Positions 39,210-49,392 of a DNA stretch of 64,000 nucleotides are shown piece after piece (position 1 is the first letter of the stretch; each line of letters opens with the position of its first letter). A model generated the notes under the pieces. That model saw only the letters and a list, made by a program, of their open reading frames with translations. It had not been told where the DNA came from and did no database searches. Source of the stretch: Bacillota bacterium (GTDB lineage: Bacteria; Bacillota; Limnochordia; DTU087); the NCBI GenBank assembly GCA_012519025.1, contig JAAYQZ010000052.1:341-64340 (forward strand), given 5' to 3'. A program made the position numbers and the translations under genes.

Positions 39210-40748
39210 GTGATAGCAATTACTTTAGTCTATTCCGTGTTAACAGCTGCCGTCGCTTTTGGCGCCGGTTATTTTATGCGCAGGGCCATAGCAGAGGCAA
39301 AAATCCAATCTGCGGAAGAAGCCGCAAAACGCATTTTGCAAGAAGCTGAACGGGATGCGGAGACCCGGCAAAGGGAACTGATGCTTGAAGCAAAAGAGGA
39401 AGTTCACACCTTGCGCCGAGAGCTTGAAAGAGAGAACCGGGAGCGCCGCAATGAACTGCAGCAGGTAGAGCGGCGTCTTATGCAAAAAGAGGAATCCTTA
39501 GATCGCCGTCTTGACAACCTTGACAGAAGGGAAGCAGCTTTGGAGAGGAATCGCAAAGAGGTGACTCAAGCCCAGGAGGAAGTTGACAAACTTTTAGCAG
39601 AACAGCAAGAAGAGCTGCAAAAGATCTCCGGGCTCACCGCTGAGGAAGCCAAAGAAATCCTTTTTGCCCAAGTGGAAACTGCGGTAAAGCATGAAACGGC
39701 CATGATGATTAAAGAACTGGAAACACAAGCCAAAGAAGAGGCAGATAAACGTTCTCGTGAGATTCTTTCGTTGGCAATTCAGCGCTGTGCTGCAGACCAT
39801 GTGGCAGAATCCACCGTTTCAGTGGTAAATCTGCCAAATGATGAGATGAAAGGTCGGATTATTGGCCGCGAGGGTCGAAACATTCGTACTTTAGAGACGT
39901 TGACAGGCATTGATCTAATTATTGATGATACACCGGAAGCTGTCATTTTGTCAGGTTTTGATCCAGTCAGGCGCGAAATCGCCCGCATTGCCTTGGAAAA
40001 ACTCGTAGCCGATGGCCGCATACATCCGGCCCGCATAGAGGAAATGGTGGAAAAGGCTCAAAGAGAAGTAGAAGCGGTGATTCGAGAGGAAGGGGAGCAG
40101 GCGACTTTTGCTGCCCGTGTCCATGGTTTGCATCCGGAACTAATTAAGCTGCTTGGTCGGCTGAGATTCCGCACAAGCTACGGTCAAAACGTTTTGAAAC
40201 ACTCTATTGAGGTTGCCCACCTGGCTGCTATGATGGCGGCGGAATTGGGTGCTGATGAGGAACTTGCTCGAAGAGCCGGACTGCTTCATGATATCGGTAA
40301 AGCCATTGATCATGAAGTGGAAGGGACCCACGTTCAAATTGGCGTGGATTTGCTCAAGCGGTATAAAGAGTCTCAAGAGGTCGTCCATGCAGTTGAATGT
40401 CACCACGGTGATTTGGAACCGGAAACTGTGGAGGCAGTCTTGGTTGCGGCCGCGGATTCAGTATCTGCTGCTCGCCCCGGTGCACGACGGGAGACCTTGG
40501 AATCGTATATCAAACGTTTGGAAAGGCTGGAAGGAATAGCAGATTCTTTCGAAGGTGTAGAGAAAGCCTATGCTATTCAGGCCGGTCGGGAGATTCGTAT
40601 TATGGTGAAACCCGAACGTATCGATGATAGTGAAGCTATCTGGACTGCGCGGGAAATCGTTAAGCGCATCGAAAATGAGCTTGAGTATCCCGGACAAATC
40701 AAGGTGACGGTCATACGAGAGACCCGTGCCATTGAATATGCCAAATAG
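39210..40748 (+). CDS. rny: Ribonuclease Y (start possibly ATT 39219)
   Basis: TM, coiled coil, KH motif ([12 protein letters not shown]), HD motif (LLHDIGK), VTVIRETR. Confidence 0.98.
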   Translation: MIAITLVYSVLTAAVAFGAGYFMRRAIAEAKIQSAEEAAKRILQEAERDAETRQRELMLEAKEEVHTLRRELERENRERRNELQQVERRLMQKEESLDRRLDNLDRREAALERNRKEVTQAQEEVDKLLAEQQEELQKISGLTAEEAKEILFAQVETAVKHETAMMIKELETQAKEEADKRSREILSLAIQRCAADHVAESTVSVVNLPNDEMKGRIIGREGRNIRTLETLTGIDLIIDDTPEAVILSGFDPVRREIARIALEKLVADGRIHPARIEEMVEKAQREVEAVIREEGEQATFAARVHGLHPELIKLLGRLRFRTSYGQNVLKHSIEVAHLAAMMAAELGADEELARRAGLLHDIGKAIDHEVEGTHVQIGVDLLKRYKESQEVVHAVECHHGDLEPETVEAVLVAAADSVSAARPGARRETLESYIKRLERLEGIADSFEGVEKAYAIQAGREIRIMVKPERIDDSEAIWTAREIVKRIENELEYPGQIKVTVIRETRAIEYAK

Positions 40749-40756
40749 CACAGCTG

Positions 40757-40783
40757 AAGGCCCGGCAAGCCGGGCCTTTTTTT
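40757..40783 (+). terminator. Intrinsic terminator after rny
   Basis: AAGGCCCGGC-AA-GCCGGGCCTTTTTTT. Confidence 0.9.
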
Positions 40784-40787
40784 AGAG

Positions 40788-41321
40788 GTGATGATTTTGC
40801 CGAATCTTAAGTCTGTGGAGCATCTGCCTATGGATCACACGAGTCTTTTGGCCTCCATACTAGTTCGATATCCTGAAATAGGTAGTGTAAAGGTACTGCC
40901 TGACTCCCGCAGTATGCGCCTTTGTTTTTTTCTAAAGGACAGCCCCGAACTGGAGCACATGGACAAGTTTTCTTTGTTGATAGAAGACAGCATCCAAGTG
41001 CTTGTCACTGTAAACAGGAAAACCCCAGTCACTTTTAATCTTTCCGTCTCCAATCAGGACAACATTTACGTAATTGAGCTAGTTAGAGACATTCATACCA
41101 TTACTTTAGAGGAGATCTCATTGATTGCCAGCCTCATGCGCCAATATTTTCCCAACGCGCTTTTATACGATGGTGAGGATATCAACGCAGAGGAAGGTGC
41201 TTGGTATGATGAATTTATCCAACATATGCTGGAGGACATTGGGCAGGCAACCTTTTTGCCGGAGTTAATCGGTTTTAGGGAAGATAATAGAGTACTTGTC
41301 TTTGATAAGTCAGTAGTGTAA
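40788..41321 (+). CDS. Hypothetical protein (start probably TTG 40797)
   Basis: 177-aa ORF with GAGGTG RBS filling the rny-spoVS gap; no motif recognised. Confidence 0.75.
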   Translation: MMILPNLKSVEHLPMDHTSLLASILVRYPEIGSVKVLPDSRSMRLCFFLKDSPELEHMDKFSLLIEDSIQVLVTVNRKTPVTFNLSVSNQDNIYVIELVRDIHTITLEEISLIASLMRQYFPNALLYDGEDINAEEGAWYDEFIQHMLEDIGQATFLPELIGFREDNRVLVFDKSVV

Positions 41322-41467
41322 ACCTAACGTAACTCTAATGACTCGTCACAATATTAAATGAAATTTGTTCTACGACAAAGGAATTGCCACTTTGACATTT
41401 AATATATAATACAGTAGCAGAAATACACGGCATTATTACCGCAATTTTGTCAAGGAGGCTAAAACAA

Positions 41468-41722
41468 GTGCTAAAAGTATCTTCAAGATCTAACCCAAAT
41501 TCTGTAGCTGGAGCCTTAGCAGGTGTTTTACGTGAACGTGGGGCTGCAGAGATGCAGGCCATTGGCGCCGGTGCCATCAATCAAGCGGTTAAGGCGGTTG
41601 CCATAGCCCGGGGGTTTGTGGCCCCAAGCGGTGTCGATCTTATCTGTATCCCGGCTTTTACCGACATTGAGATTGATGGTGAAGAAAGAACTGCTATCAA
41701 AATTATCGTAGAGCCTCGTTAA
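41468..41722 (+). CDS. spoVS: Stage V sporulation protein S
   Basis: LKVS..SNPNSVAGALA, QAIGAGAINQAVKAVAIARGF; GTG after AAGGAGG. Confidence 0.97.
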   Translation: MLKVSSRSNPNSVAGALAGVLRERGAAEMQAIGAGAINQAVKAVAIARGFVAPSGVDLICIPAFTDIEIDGEERTAIKIIVEPR

Positions 41723-41739
41723 ATTTCCAAATTTGAACT

Positions 41740-41783
41740 AAAACCTGCCGCACGTCGAGGTGTATTTGATGTGGGCAGGTTTT
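41740..41783 (+). terminator. Terminator-like hairpin after spoVS
   Basis: AAAACCTGCC...GGCAGGTTTT long stem. Confidence 0.7.
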
Positions 41784-41833
41784 CTAATTTGTTGTGATTT
41801 CTTACTGTACATTTGAGCAGGAGGTAATTGACC

Positions 41834-42811
41834 ATGCACAAATCCACCATTTCGTCTTATTGGCCTATAGTTGACGGCCACATGGACACAATATCTATTA
41901 TGTACGAATCAGACCTTGATTTTTCTAGGCGGCAAACTCAGACTCACAGTGATCTGGTCCGCTTACTTGAGGCAGGCATTGGACTGCAGGTTTTGGCTTT
42001 ATTTACCCGCCCCAACTCCAATAAGAGCGTAAGCCTGCAAAAAATCCTTTCTTACTTAGAGTATATCCACGGAATTGCCGATGGAGAGCCAAGACTGCAG
42101 ATTGTAAAAACTACGGCTGATCTGCCGGGAAAAACCCCTGAACCCGATAACCTCCGTGCTCTTTTGGCCGTTGAAGGAGGGGACTGTCTCGGCGGCGAGT
42201 TGTGGGTGCTTAGGCTGCTTTACCGCCTTGGTGTTCGGCTTTTAACCTTAACATGGAGCAACCGCAACCAGCTGGCTGACGGGGTGTGGGAGGCAGACAG
42301 TAAAGGGGGACTTACCAGATTCGGTCGGGAAGTTGTCCAGGAGATGGGTAAATTGGGCATGGTGGTGGATGTTTCTCATTTATCCCCTGCCGGATTTTGG
42401 GATGTAGCCAAACATGTAAGCGATCCTTTTGTTGCATCTCATTCCAATGCTGTTGAACTCTGCAATCATCCCCGCAATCTGACTGACGAGCAGATTAAAT
42501 GCATTGCAGATCACGGCGGCGTAATTGGTGTATGTTTTTGCGGACCTCATTTGGCAGAATCAGGTAGGGCAAATCTTGATCACGTAATCGCTCATATTGA
42601 GTATTTGTGGCGTGTAGCCGGCGAGGAACATGTCGGTCTTGGCACGGATTATGATGGTATCAATGAAACTCCCGAAGGGCTTAAAGACGTCACATACCTT
42701 CCCAAGCTTTTAGAGGCTTTGGCAGCACGAGGGTACTCCCACACAAGACTTGAAAAATTCGCCGGGGCCAATTTTCTCAGAGTCTTTCAGGAAGTGCTTC
42801 CCAGTGATTGA
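41834..42811 (+). CDS. Membrane dipeptidase family (peptidase M19)
   Basis: DGHMD, AVEGG, LTWS.RN, DVSH, ASHSN and GTDYDG motifs. Confidence 0.92.
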   Translation: MHKSTISSYWPIVDGHMDTISIMYESDLDFSRRQTQTHSDLVRLLEAGIGLQVLALFTRPNSNKSVSLQKILSYLEYIHGIADGEPRLQIVKTTADLPGKTPEPDNLRALLAVEGGDCLGGELWVLRLLYRLGVRLLTLTWSNRNQLADGVWEADSKGGLTRFGREVVQEMGKLGMVVDVSHLSPAGFWDVAKHVSDPFVASHSNAVELCNHPRNLTDEQIKCIADHGGVIGVCFCGPHLAESGRANLDHVIAHIEYLWRVAGEEHVGLGTDYDGINETPEGLKDVTYLPKLLEALAARGYSHTRLEKFAGANFLRVFQEVLPSD

Positions 42812-42829
42812 ACAAACCACACAAATGTC

Positions 42830-42859
42830 GTATGAAAATCCTTTCACTGTAGAATAATA
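42830..42859 (+). promoter_or_regulatory. sigmaG-type promoter upstream of dodecin
   Basis: GTATG-18nt-AATAATA. Confidence 0.5.
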
Positions 42860-42908
42860 GCGTCGAAGGGTAGGATCTAGATTCCTACAGGTGAAAGGAG
42901 GCGTATCT

Positions 42909-43118
42909 GTGACAGTTATTAAGGTAGTGGAGTTAGTAGGAGATTCAAATACCGGCTGGGAAGACGCTATACAGCTGGCTGTGAAAGAGGCTTCTGAAAC
43001 CATCCGGAACATAAGTGGGGTTGAGATCAAAAACATGACCGGCACAGTGGACGCCGAAGGCAACATCGTCGAATATAAAGCCAACGTCGAGCTTGCTTTT
43101 CGGGTGGAGAATACGTAA
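42909..43118 (+). CDS. Dodecin (flavin-binding)
   Basis: V.KVVELVG.S..GWEDA...AV..AS.T.RNI and EYK..V..AF motifs; AAAGGAGG RBS. Confidence 0.9.
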   Translation: MTVIKVVELVGDSNTGWEDAIQLAVKEASETIRNISGVEIKNMTGTVDAEGNIVEYKANVELAFRVENT

Positions 43119-43169
43119 CCGGACATTGGAGTTTGATCTACGTCTGCCAGTTGAAAAGAGGTGATTCGG

Positions 43170-43502
43170 ATGGATTGGGTAGGGGCAGTAGTGCGCTTCA
43201 TTGTGTCGGCCCTTGTGTTGATGCTGGTGGGATTTGTTATTCCGGGATTTCGACAGCTGAGTTTTTTCCATGCCCTACTGGCGGCAATAGTTATAGCCGC
43301 TATAGGCTGGGTTATTGAGGCAACGCTTGGCAAAAGTGTCTCACCCTACAGCCGGGGAATAGTTGGGTTTTTAGTATCGGCTGTAGTTATATGGGCTGCC
43401 CAGTTTATCGTCCCGGGCATGGCGGTTTCAGTGTTGGGGGCATTACTGGCGGCTTTCGCCATAGGGATCATTGATTTGTTTGTACCAACAGCAGTGCGGT
43501 AA
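43170..43502 (+). CDS. 4-TM phage-holin-family (holin_4_2-like) membrane protein
   Basis: RFIVSALVL, ALLAAIVIA, RGIVGFLVSA and GALLAA; no phage genes nearby. Confidence 0.75.
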   Translation: MDWVGAVVRFIVSALVLMLVGFVIPGFRQLSFFHALLAAIVIAAIGWVIEATLGKSVSPYSRGIVGFLVSAVVIWAAQFIVPGMAVSVLGALLAAFAIGIIDLFVPTAVR

Positions 43503-43543
43503 GCTGACGGCTATGTGGAGGTTTTACTCCCAAACTGCAGTTT

Positions 43544-43570
43544 GGCGTCCCTTTTGCGGGGCGCCTTTTT
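43544..43570 (+). terminator. Intrinsic terminator
   Basis: GGCGTCCC/GGGGCGCC stem plus T5. Confidence 0.8.
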
Positions 43571-43577
43571 GTATAAT

Positions 43578-43606
43578 TTGACAAGGCTCGCTAAGGTCTA
43601 TACACT
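43578..43606 (+). promoter_or_regulatory. sigmaA promoter of the M-box/mgtA unit
   Basis: TTGACA-17nt-TACACT. Confidence 0.75.
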
Positions 43607-43628
43607 ATATAGGGTCTTGAAAATCTAA

Positions 43629-43776
43629 TATTCCGGTAAGTAAGGCTACCATAGGGATATGAGTTGCTGCCGCAAAGTAGTGGAGACACTATGAGCTGGT
43701 TAGCAGGCCATGTCGAAAACAAGGCATGATCTAATGCAATATCACCGCCCTATGGAGCTAAAGCCCAAACGGTGAC
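43629..43776 (+). ncRNA. M-box (ykoK) Mg2+ riboswitch
   Basis: CGGTAAGTAAGGCT..CCATAGGG, TGCTGCC, GTCGA..AAGG, TAATGCA and CCCTATGG-AGCTAAAGC..AACGG match M-box landmarks; upstream of an Mg ATPase. Confidence 0.88.
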
Positions 43777-43811
43777 ATGCTGCAAACAGTTGCAGCTGTG
43801 TATGATGGATT

Positions 43812-43845
43812 AATCCACGCTAATCGGCTTTAGCGTGGATTTTTT
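43812..43845 (+). terminator. Riboswitch expression-platform terminator
   Basis: AATCCACGCTAA/TTAGCGTGGATT 12-bp stem plus T run. Confidence 0.88.
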
Positions 43846-43871
43846 ATTGCCGGGATACAATAGAAAGGGTG

Positions 43872-43970
43872 ATGAAAATCGGCAGTATGCAAATGTACAT
43901 TAAAAAGGCAGCAGGAAAGCGAAAGCAATTGTCTTGTCTAAAGAAAAAAACCATGCCCTTGTTGCTTTGA
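43872..43970 (+). CDS. Putative 32-aa Lys-rich small ORF
   Basis: AGAAAGGGTG RBS; [32 protein letters not shown]; stops 10 nt before the mgtA SD. Confidence 0.4.
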   Translation: MKIGSMQMYIKKAAGKRKQLSCLKKKTMPLLL

Positions 43971-43993
43971 GGCAAAATATGGAGGTTGCACCT

Positions 43994-46729
43994 ATGAATG
44001 AAAAGAGGCAGTACTTCAGCCGCACCAAAAACAAAAAGACTAACGCTCGTTTAGTACACAGTGAAACTATCACAAGGCGTTTGCACGACATTGCCCGCCT
44101 TTCAACAGATGAGGTTATAAGAACCTTCAACAGTTCCAGACACGGGTTAACAGAAGAACTTGTGCATGCAAACCGAGAAAAATACGGTGATAACATAGTC
44201 ACAAGCGCAAGCGAAGAATCTTTTTTCCAACGCCTCGTAAAAGCCTTTATCAATCCTTTTACTATTATTTTAATCGCTTTGGCGGCCATTTCCTTTGTTA
44301 CCGATATTCAACTGGCTCCTGTTGGTGAAAAAGATCCCATGACCGTTGTTATCATAGTGGTTTTGGTGATCATAAGCGGCTCACTGCAGCTCATCCAAGA
44401 GACGCGATCAGGGAATGCGGCAGCTAAACTTCAGGATATGATCAAAATCACTACTGCAGTCGAGCGGATCGAGACAGGTACAAAAGAAATAGATCTTGAT
44501 CAGGTTGTTGTAGGAGATCGCATTCACTTGGCAGCGGGAGATATGATTCCGGCGGATCTGCGGATTCTAGAAGCCAAAGACCTTTTTATCAGTCAATCGG
44601 CCTTAACAGGCGAAAGTGAACCCGTTGAGAAGTTTAATAAACCGATTGAAGAGGTCCGCCACGTCTCTTTGACCGATATTGCCAATCTGGCTTTTATGGG
44701 CACCAACGTTGTAAGTGGCGCGGCAGTGGGGGTTGTGGTGGCAGCCGGCAACAATACTGTCTTTGGCGATATGGCACAGGATATTGTGGATGTGGATGTG
44801 CGAACCAGTTTCGAGGAAGGTGTCCACTCTGTGTCCTGGGTTTTGATTCGGTTCATGTTGGCCATGGTGCCTGTGGTTTTACTTATCAACGGGTTCACCA
44901 AAGGCAACTGGCTTGAGGCATCTTTGTTTGCTATTTCTGTGGCAGTGGGATTAACACCGGAAATGCTCCCCATGATTGTCACTGCCAACCTTGCCAAGGG
45001 AGCGCTTGCCATGTCGAGGAAAAAAACTATTATCAAAAGCCTCAGTTCCATTCAAAACCTGGGCTCCATGGATATTTTGTGTACCGATAAGACAGGCACT
45101 CTCACACAGGATCGAGTGGTTTTGGAATATTACCTTGATGTTCATGGTGAAGCCAGTGTAAGGGTCTTGCGCCACGGATTTTTAAATAGTTACTTCCAAA
45201 CGGGACTAAAAAACTTGATCGATAAAGCTATTATCGATCGAGTTGCTGAGCAATCCAGCAAAGAATCCTCTCTTAAGGGTTTGAAGGAATTTTACCAAAA
45301 GATAGATGAAATTCCTTTTGATTTTGAACGCAGGCGCATGAGTGTTGTAATAGAAGACCAAACAGGCAAAACGCAGATGATTACCAAAGGTGCAGTTGAG
45401 GAGATTATGTCCATTTGTTCGTTTGTGGAATACGGTGGCGAAGTGGGTCCATTTACTGAGGAGATCGAAACCGATATCAACGACACTGTCGGACGCTTAA
45501 ATGATCAGGGTATGCGGGTCATAGCAGTAGCCCAGAAAACGAACCCACCCCCAGTCGGTGAATTTTCCGTTAAAGACGAAAACGACATGGTATTGATCGG
45601 CTATTTAGCTTTCTTAGATCCCCCAAAAGAGACAACATATGAAGCCATTCGCACCCTGCACGATTACGGTGTTGAGGTAAAAGTACTGACAGGGGATAAC
45701 GAGCGAGTTACAAAGGCCATTTGCCGACAAGTTGGTTTACCTGTGGGCAATCTTCTAGAGGGCTCCCAAGTTGAGCTTATGGACGATGATGAGCTGAGCA
45801 AGATCGTTGAAGAAACAACTGTCTTTGCTAAGCTTTCCCCTCAGCAAAAGGCTAGGGTGGTGACCTGCCTAAGAGATAACGGTCACTCAGTAGGTTTTTT
45901 AGGCGACGGGATAAACGATGCTGCCGCTATGCGCACTTCGGATGTGGGTGTTTCCGTAAACAACGCTGTAGATATTGCTAAGGAATCAGCAGATGTAATT
46001 CTTTTGGAAAAAGATCTACGGGTCCTCGGTGAAGGCATCATTGAGGGGCGAAAAACCTACGGCAATATGATCAAATACATCAAAATGACCGCCAGCTCAA
46101 ATTTCGGAAATGTTTTCTCAGTCCTAATTGCCAGTGCGTTTTTACCATTTTTGCCCATGGCCGCAATTCATCTGGTCCTGCTCAATCTAATTTACGATAT
46201 CTCCTGCATATCTTTGCCATGGGACAACGTTGATGAAGAATTCTTGCGTGTACCGAGAAAATGGGATGCTTCATCAATTGCCAGTTTCATGCTTTGGATT
46301 GGGCCAACAAGTTCGGTTTTTGATATTACTACTTTCGTCTTAATGTATTATGTTATTGCTCCGTCAGCAGTCGGGGGCAAATTGTATCATCAGCTGACAG
46401 ACCCTGCCTTAAAGGCAATGTTTGTCTCGGTTTTCCAAGCCGGATGGTTTGTGGAGTCCATGTGGTCGCAGACTCTGGTAATACACATGATCCGCACACC
46501 TAAGATCCCGTTTATTCAAAGTAGTGCTTCTTTGCCCGTTGCGGCTCTTACTTTCACCGGGATTCTAGTGCTTACATTGATCCCTTTTACTGGATTCGGT
46601 GCACAAATAGGTCTTGCGGCACTGCCCCCGGTATATTTTGCTTGGTTGGCTGTGACTGTTTTACTTTACATGGGTTTGGCCCAGTGGTTCAAAAACATCT
46701 ATGTCAGGAGGTATGGGGAGCTGCTTTGA
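43994..46729 (+). CDS. mgtA: Mg2+-importing P-type ATPase
   Basis: [33 protein letters not shown] and NLIYD motifs; ATG 43994 after GGAGGT. Confidence 0.96.
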   Translation: MNEKRQYFSRTKNKKTNARLVHSETITRRLHDIARLSTDEVIRTFNSSRHGLTEELVHANREKYGDNIVTSASEESFFQRLVKAFINPFTIILIALAAISFVTDIQLAPVGEKDPMTVVIIVVLVIISGSLQLIQETRSGNAAAKLQDMIKITTAVERIETGTKEIDLDQVVVGDRIHLAAGDMIPADLRILEAKDLFISQSALTGESEPVEKFNKPIEEVRHVSLTDIANLAFMGTNVVSGAAVGVVVAAGNNTVFGDMAQDIVDVDVRTSFEEGVHSVSWVLIRFMLAMVPVVLLINGFTKGNWLEASLFAISVAVGLTPEMLPMIVTANLAKGALAMSRKKTIIKSLSSIQNLGSMDILCTDKTGTLTQDRVVLEYYLDVHGEASVRVLRHGFLNSYFQTGLKNLIDKAIIDRVAEQSSKESSLKGLKEFYQKIDEIPFDFERRRMSVVIEDQTGKTQMITKGAVEEIMSICSFVEYGGEVGPFTEEIETDINDTVGRLNDQGMRVIAVAQKTNPPPVGEFSVKDENDMVLIGYLAFLDPPKETTYEAIRTLHDYGVEVKVLTGDNERVTKAICRQVGLPVGNLLEGSQVELMDDDELSKIVEETTVFAKLSPQQKARVVTCLRDNGHSVGFLGDGINDAAAMRTSDVGVSVNNAVDIAKESADVILLEKDLRVLGEGIIEGRKTYGNMIKYIKMTASSNFGNVFSVLIASAFLPFLPMAAIHLVLLNLIYDISCISLPWDNVDEEFLRVPRKWDASSIASFMLWIGPTSSVFDITTFVLMYYVIAPSAVGGKLYHQLTDPALKAMFVSVFQAGWFVESMWSQTLVIHMIRTPKIPFIQSSASLPVAALTFTGILVLTLIPFTGFGAQIGLAALPPVYFAWLAVTVLLYMGLAQWFKNIYVRRYGELL

Positions 46730-46831
46730 TGGCATTGGTGTAGTTGCCATTCGACCTCTATCCCAAGCGTATAAACCACAGGTTTTTGACGCAAGCTCCT
46801 AGAGAGCCCTTTTGCAAAACCTTTAAATGGG

Positions 46832-48397
46832 GTGGGGAAACTGCAGGTCGAGAAATCATTCGAGAAAAACCTAGAATATTTAAGTACAAGACTGGGTACA
46901 GACGTGAATTTTGATGTACTTGTCCGGGAAATCAATATAGGTGGTAAAAACGCTGCTTTAATCTTCCTGGATGGGATGGTCAAAGATCGGGAAACGCAAT
47001 TTGTTATGGGGGCCTTGATGGCTTTACCGCGGGAAAAGCTCCATCCAAACATGCTTAAGTCCCTGATGGAGGATGTATTGCCCCATTTTGATGTCTCCCT
47101 AACCGATGATCTTGAAGAAACAATCGATGCCATCTTGAATGGGCCTTTGGCTTTGTTGGTGGATGGAATCGACCAAGTCGTAATCATCGATGTTCGTCAG
47201 TATCCAACTAGAAGCATAGAAGAACCGGATCTTGAAAGAGTGACCCGAGGCGCCAGAGACGGATTTGTCGAAACTGCTTTAACTAATGTAGCGCTTATCC
47301 GTCGGCGCCTGCGGGATCCCGGTTTGAGATTTGAAGCTTTTGAAGTCGGGAAGAGATCGAAAACGGCTGTCTTTATGGTGTATATAAATGATATTGCTGA
47401 TCCTGATTTAGTTGATGAGCTGCGGCAGCGTGTGAAGGATATTCGGGCGTCTGCACTTCCCATGGGTGCAAAAACCTTGGAAGAATACATAACAGGTTCA
47501 ACGCTGAACCCATTTCCTTTAGTTCGTTTCACAGAACGTCCGGATGTAGTTGCAGCCCACTTGCTAGAAGGTAATGTTGTCATTGTCACCGATACAACAC
47601 CTGCAAGCATGATTTTGCCGGCAACAGCCTGGCATTTTACCCAACACGCCGAAGACTATTTTATCAACCCTGTAGTAGGCACATACATCCGCTGGCTGCG
47701 TTTTGCTGCCATGACCATGGCTTTTACATTAACACCACTTTGGCTGCTGTTAGCTCAAAACCAAGGCAGTCTCCCGCAGTCTTTAAAGTTCATTGGCCCC
47801 CGTTCAATTACGGCCGTCCCTTTGTTTGTTCAATTTTTGCTGCTTGAGGCCGCAGTTGATATTACTCGCCTTGCCTTCATTCACACTCCCAACGCTTTAT
47901 CAACGTCTTTGGGTCTTGTAGCTGCCATTCTACTTGGCGAGTTTGCTGTACAAGTAGGTCTGTTTATACCGGAGACCATATTGTATCAAGCAGTGGCCGC
48001 TATTGCATTTTTCGCCACACCGAACTATGAATTTGGTATGGCTGCCCGTCTTTTTCGTCTGTTGACACTGACTTTAACGGGGCTGTTTAATGTTTGGGGA
48101 TTTGCTTTAGGGCTTGCGTTCCCCTTGATTGTTATGGGATTTACAAAGTCTTTTGGAGTGCCGTATTTGTGGCCGTTGATTCCCTTCCACGGACCGAGTT
48201 TACTTCGGCTGCTGTTTCGCTATCCCATTCCCACCGTTGTCAATCGTCCTCCATTCACTGATCCTCTAGATACCGATTACAAACAAAGTGATGAGGCCGC
48301 TATGCCGGCTGCCATGGGCCTGGATAAAACGTCCCGAAACAGGAAAAGACGGGCAAAATCGAAAAAACGCTTTGCGAAAAAGCAAGACAAAGATTAG
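46832..48397 (+). CDS. GerA/SpoVAF-family spore protein (start uncertain)
   Basis: PTRSIEEPD.E.V.RG.RDGFVE, N.ALIRRR.RD and TERPD..AAHLLEG motifs; C-terminal TMs. Confidence 0.92.
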   Translation: MGKLQVEKSFEKNLEYLSTRLGTDVNFDVLVREINIGGKNAALIFLDGMVKDRETQFVMGALMALPREKLHPNMLKSLMEDVLPHFDVSLTDDLEETIDAILNGPLALLVDGIDQVVIIDVRQYPTRSIEEPDLERVTRGARDGFVETALTNVALIRRRLRDPGLRFEAFEVGKRSKTAVFMVYINDIADPDLVDELRQRVKDIRASALPMGAKTLEEYITGSTLNPFPLVRFTERPDVVAAHLLEGNVVIVTDTTPASMILPATAWHFTQHAEDYFINPVVGTYIRWLRFAAMTMAFTLTPLWLLLAQNQGSLPQSLKFIGPRSITAVPLFVQFLLLEAAVDITRLAFIHTPNALSTSLGLVAAILLGEFAVQVGLFIPETILYQAVAAIAFFATPNYEFGMAARLFRLLTLTLTGLFNVWGFALGLAFPLIVMGFTKSFGVPYLWPLIPFHGPSLLRLLFRYPIPTVVNRPPFTDPLDTDYKQSDEAAMPAAMGLDKTSRNRKRRAKSKKRFAKKQDKD

Positions 48398-48399
48398 AG

Positions 48400-49392
48400 G
48401 TGACCCTGCCGTTGACTTCTGTTGTAGGAATGCCAAGGGCTTTGGCATACCATGATTATTTCCCTTTCTGGGAGGCTTTTTTTGACGGGTTTGGTGTGCG
48501 ATTGACAGCATCGCCGCCAACCAACAAGGCCCTCGTTCATGAGGGGGTAAGAAGGGCAGTTGACGGAACTTGTTTTCCGGTAAAAATTTTGCTTGGTCAT
48601 GTTCACTGGTTGATTGAAAACGGTTACACCACTATCTTTTTGCCGCGCTTTGTCAGTGTGGCGCCTAAAGAATATATCTGTCCCAAATTTATGGGACTGC
48701 CTGACATGGTCCAAGCCACTTTTGGTACCAAGGCCAAGTTTTTAGTGCCGACAATTGATCTCAATTTGCCTAAAAAGTGCTTTTATGAACAAATTCAAAC
48801 CCTTGGCTCTGAATTTGGGTGTTCCCCAAAACAAACAAAACTTGCATTTCGACAAGGTCTTGAAGCACTGAGAGACTACCGAGATGCTTTACTTAAAGGC
48901 CGTTGGCCAGCAAATAGCAATTCCCAAAACGCAGATAATAACCAACCAACCCTTGAAGTCGAAGGCAAAAAGAGTCTGAAGGTGGGTCTTTTAGGCCACA
49001 GCTATTTGATCTACGACGACTTTGCCAATATGCACATTGTCAACAAGCTGCAGAACATGGAAGTTGAGGTTATGACAGTGGACATGCTGCCGGATGAGCG
49101 CATTGATGCCCAATCTCTAGCATGGCCTAAACGCATGTTTTGGACATCAGGCCGGCGCATTCTCGGTGCCGCCAGAGAGTATGTGGAAATGCGTATACCA
49201 GGAATCATTTATGTTACAGCTTTTGCTTGCGGCACAGACTCACTCACAGCAGAATTAGTTGAACGCACTTTGCGACGAGAATCCCCGATTCCGCAGTTGA
49301 TTTTGAATCTAGACGAACATACCGGAGAAGCGGGCATTGTGACTAGATTGGAAGCATTTGTGGATATGCTCAGATGGAGGATAAACCGATGA
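48400..49392 (+). CDS. Acyl-CoA dehydratase activase-related protein (DUF2229-like)
   Basis: VGMPRAL, CFPVK..LGH, YICPKFMGLPD, FACGTD and DEHTGEAG..TRLEAF motifs. Confidence 0.8.
   Translation: MTLPLTSVVGMPRALAYHDYFPFWEAFFDGFGVRLTASPPTNKALVHEGVRRAVDGTCFPVKILLGHVHWLIENGYTTIFLPRFVSVAPKEYICPKFMGLPDMVQATFGTKAKFLVPTIDLNLPKKCFYEQIQTLGSEFGCSPKQTKLAFRQGLEALRDYRDALLKGRWPANSNSQNADNNQPTLEVEGKKSLKVGLLGHSYLIYDDFANMHIVNKLQNMEVEVMTVDMLPDERIDAQSLAWPKRMFWTSGRRILGAAREYVEMRIPGIIYVTAFACGTDSLTAELVERTLRRESPIPQLILNLDEHTGEAGIVTRLEAFVDMLRWRINR

Noticed and set aside
43170-43502. Holin-family gene as a prophage remnant
   Set aside because: No phage genes nearby; this family is commonly chromosomal.
43711-43717. TGTCGAA Spo0A box
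   Set aside because: Falls within a conserved M-box riboswitch motif.
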